DNA of 64,000 nucleotides from Octopus vulgaris (taxonomy: Eukaryota), in contig OX597814.1 in NCBI GenBank assembly GCA_951406725.2, positions 82,460,001-82,524,000 on the forward strand, in the 5' to 3' direction. Positions 25,601 to 40,400 of this stretch are shown piece after piece. Each line of letters begins with the position of its first letter. Positions within the stretch are counted from its first letter, which is position 1. The notes under the pieces are model-generated. The model was given only the letters and a program-made list of their open reading frames with translations. It did no database searches and had not been told where the DNA came from. Made by a program: the position numbers and the translations under genes.

Positions 25601-28600
25601 ATGACTCATACACTGTTCACTTTTCTGACATTTGTACATAATTCTACATACTATACATGCACCCTTGATAAGTTGAAGTGCACCTGAGCACTATATACAA
25701 TAATTTCATTATAGTAGTAGTAGTAGTAGTGGTGATGGTGGTGGTGGTGGTGGTGAAACAGAAAAGAAGAGAGTATTGGTTTCAAAACCAGTTAGTGGCA
25801 ATAAAATGGATAAATTCATCGAAAATAGAAATTTCTCAATTATGAGTGAAGTTTACTACAAATAAAAACTCAAGTTTTGATTTTCAAAACAAGATTTATT
25901 TAGAATTATATAACAAAAATATCTAGAATAGAAACAAGGTGTATTCATTTACAAAACTTACCTGAGCAAGGATATATCCAGGTGGTGATCCAGTGGAACG
26001 GTTGAATATCGAAATATTGTCCATACCTAAGAAACCTCCAGAATATAGATGACCAGGGCCAGAAATTTTATTTGTGTTTGTCCACCTAGCAATAGAGCAT
26101 GGAAGAAAATTTCACAATATTTTGTTTTTTTATTTCTCATAATAATTATTAATAAAGAGGGTGGTAAAGTAATGAAATAGCAAGTAGCAAGTAATATCCA
26201 GGCTTGTCTCTCTGAGTTCAACCTATTATTGTTGATTTTATTTTTTATCTTTCTATTAGTCTATAATTACAATTTGATTCACATCTAGAATACATTATAG
26301 AAATTAACTCCAATGCTTGACTGGTACTTTATTGTATCATCCTGGAAAGGATAAAGATGATCATGGTAGGATTTGAACTCAGGACATAAAAAGCTGTAAT
26401 CAAATACTGTAGGTATTCTGTCTGATACTCTAATGAAGTCAAATCACTATCTCTAGTTTCAATCAGCTATAGACCTCTAAAATTATGCTAATATAAAAAA
26501 ATCATTGTTTAGAAATGACACATTAAATAACAGCCAAGAGATTTTGTGCTATGTTAGTATCCAACTTATGACTGTAAAATAAGTTCAAACATTAAGATTA
26601 CAACCTGTAATGTAGCTCAAAACTGTAATGTAGCTCAAAACTGTAATGTAGCTCAAAAGAAGGCTCTCAACTCCATATGATCTTCAGGAAATTTTACTCT
26701 TAGTTCATGATGAAGTATTTCAAAAAGAACACAAAAACCCTCCAGTTGTAAAAAAACAATTGCTCCAGCAGTCTGTCTAAATTTGTGTAAGTCACTCCAA
26801 CGTAGCAGAAAATAATAAATGCTGAATATAAGACAGTGGTTGTTAAATAACCGTAGATTGCCTAGGAGAGTCCTAACCGCTGTCATAATTTAAGAGATAG
26901 CAGAGGATACAAGAAATGTCATAGTTTACATCAGACTGCATCTAATGCAGAGCACGCAAACCATAGATACCATTATAATCATTTTCAACGATTATTTCAT
27001 GTTCATTTTTACATGACAGCTTGAGTTGGATGTTTTTTTTTCTTAAAGAGCATTTTATGCCCAGATACTTGTCCTGTTGCCAACCCTTTCAGTTGCATAT
27101 TAAGACATGCATCGATATAATGTACATAGTTCAAAACCAAGGTACACAGTGTAATAAAGATCATGATGGAAGTTAAAGCATTATGATAATAATTTTTGTG
27201 AATGATTAGTTGGTTTTACAATTTTGTGGTTAAACATATTGACTCCTGGTTTCAGTCAAAGAAGCTGATTCAGTCCATCTTATAATTATGTACAATGGAT
27301 AGTTAAAACACATAAGCAGCAAGGTAAACAGTAAAATTAAAATATATTTTCTTGGCTTAAAATATTGAGTTTAAGTGTTCCTGTGGGCTTGATCTATGAT
27401 ATAATGTTCAAATGAAAGCTCTCCCTATGACTTAGCAAGATATCACCAACAAAACTTACTTCCAGTTATTCTAACTCAGACTTTCTTCCCTATTCCTCTA
27501 AATTCATCTTCAGTCTTGACCATTCTCAACACTCCTCCAACCAGCATTTATTTGACTACCTTTCAGCCCGTGACAGAATTATCATTTATTTTATTCTCTT
27601 TACCTTTTATCTTTTTTCTTGTTTTAGTCATTAGACTGTGGCCATACTGGGGCATCATCTTGAAGAGTTTTAGTCAAACTAATTGACCCCAGTATTTTTT
27701 TAAAGTCTTGAACTTATTCTATCATTCTCTTTTACCAAACAACTAAGTAATGGGGACGTAAGTTATGGTTATCAAGTGGTGATGAGGGACAAACACAAGC
27801 ATAAAAACAAAAAACTAGGAAGAACAAAGGACATTGTTTACAAGTTGATGATCAAATGCTCTCTTTAATTTTTGTTTTAAAGTAATAAACTGCTAGAGTT
27901 TACTTACACCATATTCACTACATTATAAAGAAAAAAGAATTAGTATTTAATGTACAGAATTAGTGACAAAGTTGTAAACTTACCAGTTGTAATTCAATAA
28001 TAATCGGTGAAAACATTTCTTTAGAAAGCTCACATCATATGAACCACTATTATGATAAACAGAGAGACACGCCCAACAATGTACAGGGGGGTTTGTATCA
28101 CTGAAGTCAAATTCACAACCAGGAAGCTGCAGAAAAAAGTGAACAACTATGTTACAAATAGTAAATTAAAGAATGTTTCTTCTAGTATGTGTGCATGCAC
28201 ACATACATACATACATATGTATGTACATGTATGTGCATATATGTTTGCTCATTTGTTCTCTTTCTCTCTTTAATTTAGAATAAATTTTTACTGGCCACTA
28301 ACTTTGGTAGTAAGGTTGTGAAAGAACGCATCATGTTTTAACCATCATCCTTTAAATTTTAAGAAGGTCTTGTAGATTTTTATAATTCTAGATATTGCGA
28401 TCATTTGTAGCATATGAATTAAGGATTTGCGTTCTCTTCTCAAGACCCACAGTTCAGCCATACTTTGCTACAGATGAGTTAGTATGCATTCTATTGCTGC
28501 AATAACAATAAGTATGAAGCTGAAAGTGTATCTTGGGTACAGGATCTGCAAACCCCTTATCCATAAATGTCCTCTTTCACCTGTATTTTTCAACCACATG

Positions 28601-31430
28601 TAAGCATGCATGAATGTACACATGCAAAAATGTATTTATGCCTATCAGGGATACAACTTTTCCTCAAAAACATTTTTCTGTATCATATTTAGATGAGCTT
28701 TTATGCATAAGTAACTGAAGTGAACTCAATTTTGAGCTATCTTAAAAAAAGTTCACTCATGAATCCATGTTTGTATTCTTATGCAACACTTGTTTGACTA
28801 TGGGCAAGGCTGCATAGCGCTCTTGGCTTTCAATAAATTCTTAGCATTTATAAAACTTTAGTGGTGATAAGACTGTATTGCTAAGTCATCATGCTTAACC
28901 ATGAAGCAAATAATTAAGTTCTTCTTTCACTTTCACCCTTGTTGTTTCAGTTTCAGTGTGAGTTCTGCATGACTGCTAGCAGGATGTCATTCAAGAAAAG
29001 CTTCGAAGTTGTTCAGAAGAACAAGGAGAAATAGAAGAGAAATTTGGTGCAGTTCCAGTCCCATTCACCTAGAGGTTGTGTGTTAGAAGAAGCCTCACTG
29101 GCCAGCAGAAACCAAATGCCACCCAAAGAGCAGATTGTTGGTCAGTACCAGTTTCTTGGAAAATCAATTAAAGGCAGAAAGAAGAGAGTAGCAGAATTAT
29201 CAAGAGAGGTAACACAACTGTAGAGATATAAACTGAATTTTCCAATCATTTCTGAGCAAGCAATATAGTCCAAGCTCAAAAATGTGCTTCATTTGTATGA
29301 CAAACGGGCCAAGAAAGGAAAGTTCGAGCCATTAGAAGAACTGTTCAATATCACCAAAATTCATGGTGAATGGCTCAATGCTGATGACAAAAAGCTGTAC
29401 CAAAGTGAGCTATTTCTTTATAATGTAGTGTGCAAGCAAGCACACTATCCACCCTTCCAAGAGAAGATGCTCTGATGCTAAAGCCTCCCATTCTTTATCA
29501 AACCGAACAGCCCTGGATACTGACAGTGACTTTGAAGAACAAGAGATTGAAGAGTACAATCATGGTGAAGGTGACAGAGTTGATCAACATGATAGCGATA
29601 GTGATGGCACTTATTCCTCCACAAGAAGGCACAATAAATCTGCAATTGGTATGAGACTTGTAACTGGAACAAATGTCTCTACCAACAAAGCTGTGAGAAT
29701 CTGCAAACAGTTGATTAAGGAGGGCATTGATATCCCAGCTCCTAGTCAGCAAGGCATTTATAATGCACTCTTCAAGAAAGCTGGTGAAATGAAGAAACAC
29801 TTGATTGATATGCAATACAATCAGAAATAGAGCCTGCACTTCAATGGTAAACATATTGACGGAAATGAATGTCAAGCGGTTGTCATCAAAAATGAAACAA
29901 GTGAAATCAAGCTGGCTACTCTGAAGCTCTGTGATGGCAAGGCTGAGACCATTGCAGAAGGACTGAAAAGCATCTTGGATGAATTTCACTTGTGGGGCAC
30001 AATCTCAGTAATTATCGCTGATACACCAAGTGTGAATACAGGAATACAGGATGAAAGATTTGGGTAGTGGTTAGACTGCAAAGAATGTTCTTGAGCAAAA
30101 GCTATGACAAGTCACAATTCATGAGCTGCCAACACCGTATCTTGTACAGAATCTTGCATGTTGTTATGGATGAAGAGCTAGCAGGCACAAAAAATTCACC
30201 CAACATCGAATATTTTTTTGTCAAAGAACTCATGACAAGTTATGAAGAATTCCAAGGCTCCTTCCAGAATGGAGCTCATGTCATTGAAGATCAAGTTGGC
30301 TGGAGAGATGATATGAAGTTTCTGTTCCCTTAACCCATGCCTTCAGGTTCTTCCATGAAAATGGAGATCTACCTTTCATCAAGTTTCAGAAAATTCCAAA
30401 CATTAGTAATGTCAAATGGAATTCGCAAGCAATCTTAGCCCTTCTTGCATTTTTCCTCATGCCACATGTGAGAGAAAGATTGTAGATGGTCTGGCAGTTC
30501 ATCTCATGTGACTGGGCAGACCACTAGTTCAGTAACCAAATATATAGAGCTGAAGATTATGCAGGGCTATCACAAGCCTTACTACCCTATAAGACTGTTT
30601 TGAAATTCTTGACAAATCACAGGAAACAAGAGCCATCAAAAATAAACATCAGCAGAAACAGTCAATGCTGTGAGTGAGTAATTAAGGTCATTCAAGAACT
30701 ACATGCCACATGCAAGAACAAAGCAAACCTGCCATTGCATTTCATTCTCTCTAATGACTTGCTGCAACTTGACTATTGACTAATTTGATTTTATATAACT
30801 TACCTTCTTTTTATAGTTCTGGAATGCAGAATACAGTTCTTTTAATAGTTATGGATTAAACGATTTGGATATTTTAAACATTTTTTGTTTATTATTCAAC
30901 CAGGGTTCTAGTTTTTGGAAATCTACCCAAATGCAACCGAGTATAGAAATTTCAAAGTTAGTCATGAGTGAACTTTTTTTATCAAATACAAAAAAAAACA
31001 TTGATTTTCATTGCTTTCTAGCAAAAGCTCATCAGAATATGATACAAGACTATGGAGTTGCAAAAAAGTTGTATCCCTATTGTATATATGTATGTACATA
31101 TTTATGTATGTTTATTGGTTTGTTTATTTATTTATTTATCACAAGAGTGTAGTTCAGTTTACCTTTCTTCAGGTTTTCTAAAAATAAAAACAAGAGTAAG
31201 GAAGGAGCTTCTGAGGTCTGCATGTCTACAATGAAAGGAGATTGTGTAGTGCAGGACCTGAGAGGTGAGACACAGTAGGAATGATGAGTGGAGGGGCTCA
31301 TGTCCAGTGCAGTAGGTCATATTTAGTTCAATAGTTTAGAGGAGCAGAAGTGCTGTTATAGCTTCAGAAGAGGCAGAATGAAAAGGAAAAGCACATCTAT
31401 TGGTTAGCAGTTGTTGCATGTTGGTACACA

Positions 31431-31462
<32 letters not shown>

Positions 31463-34400
31463 AGTGAGAGAGAGAGAGAGTTGTAATTATACTATCTAAA
31501 ATATATGAACACTTTAATGATCACTTTCATTTGAATGATTATTTTCTTATGCTGGTATAGATTGGAGGAGACTGAAATAAATCATGCTACCACATCTTGC
31601 ATGAGCTGCTGACCTACTGAGATCTAGTATTTTGATATCTGTTTTCATCCTTCCTCCTATAACTTCACTATCTCACTCTGTCTGTCTGTCACTCTCACTT
31701 TTTTTACACTATGGATACCTTCCACGTGTACCTTTCTTTTATTTTTTATTTGTTTCAGTCATTGGACTGCCTTGAATGATTTAGTCAAACTAAAGAAATA
31801 TTTCTTACAAAAAGATGAATGTGGGGATTTGTTTTTTAGACCCAACTCAATTTTGATTGCACATGTAACATTAGGAAGGGCATCCAACTGTTGAAACCAT
31901 GGCACAACAGACAACTGGAGTCAGGACAGCTCCCTGCTAGCCAGTTCCATGTCAAACATCCAACCCATGCCAGCATGGAAAGCGGACATTAAATGATGAT
32001 GATGATATACGTAGATTGATATCAAAGTATTTTTCCCATGTCTTAAACTCACACAATACATTTCCAATGTAGTTCTCTTTCTGTTTTCATCTTCAGTAGT
32101 TTGTTTAATTAACTTATCCACTCAAATTCCACATATCTGCCTTTCACAAAGAGTGTTCTTCTCAAGAGTCTTGCCCAAATACCTTTTCCTTCTTCTAGAT
32201 ATTTACTATTTCAATGCTTGCTTCACTCTTCTCTTTTACTAAATTTTCAAATGGGAGCACTTTACATGTTTGTTGTAGAAAAATAGAACCCAAAACTAAA
32301 CAAAAACACAATTACTTAAAAAAACTCAATCATGTAGATTTTGCTTTGGAAATTTTTTTTAATTGTTTTAAAATAATTAACAAAAGAGAAAATGAATAAT
32401 CTTACCTGACCATTTGGATGTAGATATTTATCAGATAACAGTAAAAGAAGTTGCTTCTTGGAGAAATCAGGGTCAAGGAAACTGTATGGAATCATATGAA
32501 ATGCCAAATCCCAAGCAGCATACTGGAACAGCAGGTAAAAAATATAAGAGATAAGGAACTTATGATTGACATATTGCTAAAAGAAAACATTGAAAAATAA
32601 GAATCCACAAGAGTTATTGTATATGAAATATAGATATATTGATTAATAACTGAGGTTTGATGATAAGCTATTGAAAATTCTATCAAGTTGCATGGAATGT
32701 GGAAAGATTTGAACTTAACATTATAAGCTAACAAAACATTTGTCAATTATGCAGTACCTTAGTTTCTTACTTGTGGGTTGTAGATGCTATGATGCCTATT
32801 CATAACAAGGAAGACTAATTTTACTGAGTTAAATTTCACTAACAAATACAATGTATGAAGGTCAACTGAAAAGTTCATAGGTTGACCAAGTTATTCTCAT
32901 GGAATGTGACCAAATGGGGTTTATTTTTTCAACTTAGTCTCTTTTGCAGCCCACACACTTCTTCCATTGGTGTTGCAGTGCTTGGATCCTGTTGGTGAAG
33001 AAGCTTTCATCCTGTTGCTCAAGAAAGTCAACAGCAGATATAACATCATCATCACTGAGACACTGGTTCTCAGCCAAGTAGTTTTTCATGTTGGGAACAG
33101 ATAGTAGTCACACAAGGCTAAATAAGAATAATAGGGGCAGTGATGAGCCAGTTCAATGCCACGGTCATGCACAGCAGCCATTGAAACACAAGACTTGTGT
33201 ACTGGAGCATTGTCATGATAAGCCATGGCTGTTGTTGTGGACTGCTGCTTGTGTCTGTTTGCCGTCTGTGTACTGTGTCATCTCATGCTCTCTCTGCTAT
33301 ATCCCAAAGCTGTCTGTTTGGTAGTCACAATGTGTCAATTTTATACTGATTAGGGGAGGGGGGGCTCAAAAAGATGAGTGCTAAAAGTAGAAATTATCGC
33401 TGGAGACTATTTTACATGAAGTGGTGATCGATCAGATTTTGTTGATCACATGGGTAATATTCTTTCCACGCGAAGTTGTGATTGGTCAGTTTTCGTTGAT
33501 CATGAGGGTAATGTTCAAGTGAATCACAACATGGGTGATTGCTGCATATTCCTGCTGCACATCCATTGCATTTTAAATTCAATTAGCTGTAACTCTAAAA
33601 TATCATTTAGACACAAATTAGCTCCCAATTTATAATCAATTTTAATGAACATTTTGAATGGAAAGGAAATAATTATTAGACAAACCCAAGGGAACTCCCA
33701 TTTGTCAGGCATAGAAATAATATCACAGTTTTGGAGGTGAGATATCCAGTGCTGATTTCTCGAAGCATCAGTCCAGTTATTACAACCACTTGCACAAAAC
33801 AGACTTTCTGGGGACATTCTTTCTAAAATACAAATAGAACATCACAATGAAAATCAATCAATAAAGTTAATATATCAAGCCAAAGAAAGCATTTTATAGT
33901 TTTAAATTATTAACAAAAATATGTTCAAGAAACAGACAAACAATTCAAAACTATTTGTATTATTCATTCATACATATACATATATTCAAAAACACACACA
34001 ACACATCCACCTCTACTACCCCTAAACATCCAGCCATTTCTCACTCTTCATATTGTATATAAGACAATCCACCCAATTCTTACTTCTTTGAACTGTGTCT
34101 TGGGAACACTGTCTCTATTTATGTTTTCCTTTCAATCACTGATCATCATGTCCCAAGTGAATATTAACCATATTAATTTTACTCAAGTAACACTGTCTTA
34201 CTATCTTTTAGTCAAGGATCCATGGAAGTTGCAAGTATTATCCTTCATCCTCAAACTATATCATAGGTTTCAAATTTTGGCACAAGGCCAGCAATTTTGG
34301 GAAGTAGACAAGTCAACTATATTGATCCCAGTGTTCAACTGTTACTTATTTTATTCCTCCTGAAAAGATGTAAGGTAAAGTTGACCTCAGCAGAATTTGA

Positions 34401-37400
34401 ACTCAAGACATAATGATGGATGAAATGCTACTAAGCATTTTACCTGGATTGCTAACAATTCTGTCAGCTTGCCACCTTATCAAACAATATTATAAATTAT
34501 GAAACATATACACAGATGAATACATTAGTGTGTGTGTGTGTGAGAGAGTGAATTTGATTTTTAGTGACAACCCTAGATATGTTTCAATCTAATTAAACCT
34601 CATCAGCAAAACATAGTCTAGCCACGACCACTTTATCGTAAAATGATTAGAGAGATTATAGAATTTTTGAGAATGAACTGAATGGTGTTATACATTTAAA
34701 TGCACTCACAAGGCTTTGGTCGGCCTGAGGCTATAATAGAAGATACTTGCCCAAGGTACCATGCAGTGGGACTGAACCTGGACCCATGTGGTTGGGAAGC
34801 AAGCTTCTAACCACACAGCCATGTTATTTTTTACTTATTTCAGTCATTAGACTGCAGCCATGCTGGGGCACCACCTTGAATCTTTAGTCAAATTAATTGA
34901 CCCCAGTACTTATTTTTTTTTAAGACTGGTACTTATTCTATCAATCTCTTAACCACTCCAAGAGTGTAGTGGGGGCATTTTATGTGCTACCGGCACGAGG
35001 GCCAGTCAGGCGGTTCTGGCAATGACCACACTCACAGTCAAAAGGTGTTTTACATGCTACCTGCGCAGGAGCCAGTCTGGCGGCACTGGCAACAACCATG
35101 CTTGAATGTTGTTTTCACGTGCCAACAACACATGTGCTGGTTAGGCAACGCTGGCTATGATCATGCTTGAATGGTGCCTTTCACATGTCACCAAACAGGA
35201 GTCATTGCCTCAGTAAGGCCCAATGTTCAAAGGTCGTGCTTCACCACCTCATCCCAGGTCTTCTTGGGTCTACCTCTTCCACAGGTTCCCTCAACTGCTA
35301 GGGTGGTACACTTTTCCTCTAGTTCTGATAGTGACTCAGCAATTAGAGCATGGTCATCAGCATAGAGGAGCTCCAAGGGGCATCCTGTCTTGAATTCCTC
35401 TGTTATTGCCTGGAGCACTATAAGAGGAGGCTGAGGACTGATCCTTGGTGGACCCCTACCTCAACTCAGAATTCTTCAGTGTACTCATTGCTAACCCTCA
35501 CCTTACTGACAGTATCCCTGTACATGGCTTGCACAGCTCTCACTAACCATTCAGCTATCCCTAGTTTCCTCATTGACCACCAGATAAGGGATTAGGGGAC
35601 CCTGTCAAAGGCTTTCTCCATGTCAATGAAAGCCAGGTATAGAGGTTTATCTTTGGCTAGGTATTTCTCCTGCAGCTGTCTTACCAGCAATAATGCATCA
35701 GTGGTGCTTTTCCTTTGTACGAACCCAAACTGCATCTCATCTAAACTGACTCTCTCCCTAATTAGTTGGGCTATGACCCTCTCTGTGACCTTCATTATCT
35801 AATCCAACAACTTGATATCTCTGTAATTATTTGTATCTGGAGCATTACAAATACATACACACACAGACACATACATTACATACATACACACACACACACA
35901 ACACACACAATATATACACATACACACAATGAGTTTCTTTCAGTTTCCGTCTACCAAATCCACTCACATGGCTTTGGTTGGCCCAAGGCAGTAGTAGAAG
36001 ATACTTCCCCAGGGTACTATGCAGTGGGACTGAACCCATAACCATGTGGTTGGGAAGGAAGCTTCTTACCACACAGCCACCCTGTTTTCAATTATCAATG
36101 AGTCCTGAGGTTTCATTTTCCAAAGAATAAAAATCCTTACAAGCAGATATATCAGAGACATTTTTTTTTACCTGAACGTATAATAGTTGATTCTATCCAT
36201 TTACGAACATCATAACAATAAAACTGTTTGGACCAGAGGAGACCAGAGTATGCTTGACAGGCAATATTTCTTTCTTCTTCAGTCCAAGAGGGACTTAATA
36301 TCTAACAAAAGATAAATACAGTTCCTTTAAAATTTTAAAATTAATTTTGTAGACACAACATGAATAAATCATATTATATGATTTCAATAAAAATACAAAA
36401 AAACATAAAATTCTTCTTCTTCAAGTAGCCACAGCTGAGATGTGTTTTACCACAGCAAGACTACGTTTCTCATTAGTTTTGATAGGTTCTCAATTTTATG
36501 GTGAGTGTCTCTCTCTGCCAATAACATCTATGTCACAGCTCAGCACAATAGCAGTGGTTAGCAAAACTTATTTCCTTGAGCAACATTAGTAGAGATGAGT
36601 GGAATATCTCCATAAAACTTCTCTTTCATCTTGTACTCATGCCATGACATGTTTTAAACCTTCATGAGAAACCTGGTGTAAGCCTAAGTGAAAGTGCAAG
36701 GTTTAGTGGTTAGGGGATTCAGGTCATGATCATAGGGTCATAAGTTTGACTCCTGGTGGTGCGTTGTGTCCTTAAGCAAGACACTTTATTTTATGTTGCC
36801 CCTGTCCACTCAGCTGGCAAAAATGAGTAGTACCTGTATTTCAAAGGACCAGCCTTGTCACACTCTGTGCCACAGTGAATCTTCCTTAGAACTACATTAA
36901 GAGTATACGTGTCCGTGGAGAGCTCAGCCACTTGCACATTAATTTCAGGAGCAGGCTGTTCTGTTGATCAGATTAACTGAAACCCTTGTTGTTGTAACCG
37001 ACAGAGTGCTAGTTATACAATCTAAGTGATCTTGAAGATTCTCCTTCATAATCCTGGTTTTGACTCCATAAAGAGGAATGCTCTCAATATAAAATAAAGT
37101 AGCATAGTTCTTTAATATGGCTACCAGATATATAGTGATATGAAGGATATCCAACAATGAATGACTACATCAAATTTAGATACTATTGTATTCAAAATGT
37201 TTACTTCATTTCACAAATGTTAATGCAGTATTCATATTGTTGTGTTCATAATATTACCAAAGTATTTGACAGTACAGCTAGTAAAGTGACATAGTATAAT
37301 TCTTGGATCTTAACAACTATAATTGACATCTAATTTGATCTGAGTACACAAAAAAATCATATCATAGTATGGATGCTGGAAAAGTGAAGCTATGTCCTGA

Positions 37401-40400
37401 GGGTTGTTTAGCTTCTATCAAGAAGCAAAGAGTAAAGCTTTTAGTTTTTGGGTGTTCAGGAACATCTCTATGCAATATTAATAGCATTCTTTGAGGCACT
37501 GTGCCAAGTATTGAACAATTCTTTATTGTCCACTTGAACAGGCAAACATGCCTTCCTAATATTACAGTTATCTTAATTCACCCTCAACAGCCTAACATAT
37601 CTTGGACACTGTGAAACTAAACCCAAGACAGAGTTATATCATGAACTGTGTCCTCCTTGATAGTATTATTTCACTTTACTGGAAGAACAATTGTAGTACA
37701 TTTTCTCTCAAAAAATAAACAATCAAAAGCTGTAAGCACAGTTTAAAAGTTTTTTTTGATATTTTTTTCTTAAATTAGAAACCAGTCATTGGAAGTTATC
37801 AAGTGTCTTAAGGAACAACAAGATTGAAAAACCAAGTCTTCTTTTTCATTTGTATATTTTCCTTATCAGTAAAAATATTATTTTAAGAATGACTGAAGAA
37901 ATATTAGTAATAACAAAATATATTTGTGATGATAGTTTGGGTACATTTCATGAGAAGTTTATGGAAGTTTGAAAAGTTGACAGTACCATAGTATAAAAGT
38001 TTTTAGCATTTTTCTCTCTTTTCCTTAAAATCTCTTCAAATACCCATTTAAAGTTGCTGCATTCAGCAACAGCACTTTCTGAATACAAACACCATTGAAC
38101 AATTTGACTTTCTCCTGGGTCTACAGTTAAGCGATAAAGAGCACCACATTTGGTTCCTTGCATTTCTGGATTGACAGAAGTTAATTCATCTGAAAAAAAA
38201 ATACAGAGATAGGGAATAATACTTATTTCATTTAATTGTTTGTTGTTGTAAGGCATGAAACCTTTTAGCAAAACAAATACTGTTAAGTAACTTTCCCAAA
38301 TACAAAAATGTCTGCAGCATGATAAAGAAATGTGAGTTTCAAAGCAAAGAGGGGAGTATCCTCTTTTCAGCAATTGTGCTGTTCCAACACAAAAATGACT
38401 CCAATATGCATTTCCCATCTAAATATTTCACAGAAAAAATTAACTATAACAAACCCCTGGTTATTACAAACATTACAAGTATTAAACTAATTTTAATTAT
38501 TTTTATTCTAACTAAGCAATCCAAGTCTTTTAAAATTTGAATACTTTGTATGATTTGATTTTGATTTTGATTTTTCCAGTTTCAGCTAATGATATTTAAG
38601 AGGTCAGTTGAGCTGCAGTAGATATAGTGTCCACTTTGTCAGTCAATAAAATTCAAATTAGGCTTTAAAAAAACTTCAAATTAGTCAGCTGTAAAGGAAG
38701 GATATCAAATGTAAATGAGAATATCAGAATTGCAGAAGCAAAATAATCTGATAGCTAATGTGTTGGTTAAACAGCTTGTAGGCTGTGAGTTCATATTCAT
38801 GTGAAGCATAACATTATGTCTTTGGACAGGGCAAGTCTACTGCCACAACTTACTTAATCCAGAAATAGGTGCCAGATTTAGAAATATTTCTTGAGCTAGA
38901 GTTGACTTTCAGCCAAGAAGAATTATATCTTTGGATCATCTGATTCCAAAGAATTTGAGAACTAAGATGTGGAAGATCTCTACAGTACCAACTGTCCTTC
39001 AGAAAATGTTACTATTAAGTGTAAAAGAAAATAATTGAAATATTAGATTATTGCTTTAAAAATACCTCAGTACAACAATTTAATGGCATTTTACTATGCC
39101 TCAAGGTAAGTACTTTATCATATTTGCCTTAGGCAACATTAGATATCATTACTATTATTTCAAAGTTGAATGGCTTGTGTTAGAATTGACTTTCAGCTGT
39201 TGAATCTTCATTTCAAAATTATGTATAAATTTGGATTTATAGAGCAATTTCAATGGTGTTGATAAAAGAAAGAGATGAAAGAACATATTTTTTATAGCAT
39301 AGTCATGACAGTGAAAAAGGGCAGCATCAAAAGAAAAGCAACATCCAAAACCTTTTTCCAGTTTTCAGGGCATGTGGTGGTAGCAGTAGTGTTGGTGTAG
39401 GGTGGTTGGCACTTGTAAGGGTTGGAAAGGGAGTGGACATAATGTGATGTTTAATATAATTAAAATGGTTTTTAAACTTGTTCAGTACTATGGAAAAGAA
39501 AGAAGAGTAATATGGCAAAGAATATGGAAGCAAGCTCCATTTTGTCAACTCACTAATAAATAGTTGGGTAGAGCACAAAATTCTCATGAATTTTATTTTG
39601 GTGGGGAGATACTTAGTGTTTGTCAGTTTGAGAAAAATGAGATAGGAGGGGGAGGGAGAAATAAACAAAAGCTCATCGACTGTTGCAGTAGGAAGCAGAA
39701 CATCAATATATCAAGTTATTCTCAGATCAAAGCTCTTACTTGAATGCTTGCAACTTTGCCAAAAGGTACTCAAGGTTCAGGTGGTAGTGATAATCTGAAA
39801 AATGCATCAGCTCATAGCCCTTTAGCATTCAGTTAACTTTCTCAAATGTAATGCTTTGTTTTTAATTCACTTCATTTTGAATTAATTATGCATTGTCTCA
39901 TAGCTTCAAGATTTTGATGATGCAATTGCTTATTTTTAGAATGACATTGTAGGGTAGAGTGAGAGGTTGGATTTGGTTGGTTTGAACATAAAATAGCTAG
40001 AATATTTGAACTGGATGTGGCTGATTTAAATGCTGAAGGGTTAATTATCAATTGATTAATCAAATACCAAGTACATTGATATAAAGTGAAGAATTTATAA
40101 TTTTCACACTTAAATGCTTACTAGAAATAATATATCGATGGAAAGCGTCTTTGGTGTAATTAGATGTTTGGCTGTCGTTTTCAGTAAAAAGCATGGTTGG
40201 AAAACTACCATCAGGACCACAATCAAATTTGGCAACAAAACATCCTAGAAAGAAAAATATGATTGATAATATAGTAACACACACACATATATATGCAGTG
40301 GTGGGCACAGCTAACCAAAAAGTTAGCTTTGCTAACCGCTAATCTGTTAACTAAAAAAGTTAGCTTCACAAATGCTAAACCACTAAACAGGTAAAAAAAT

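Noticed and set aside
26605-26657. Three copies of 18-bp ctgtaatgtagctcaaaa
   Set aside because: Ordinary local slippage minisatellite with no further structure
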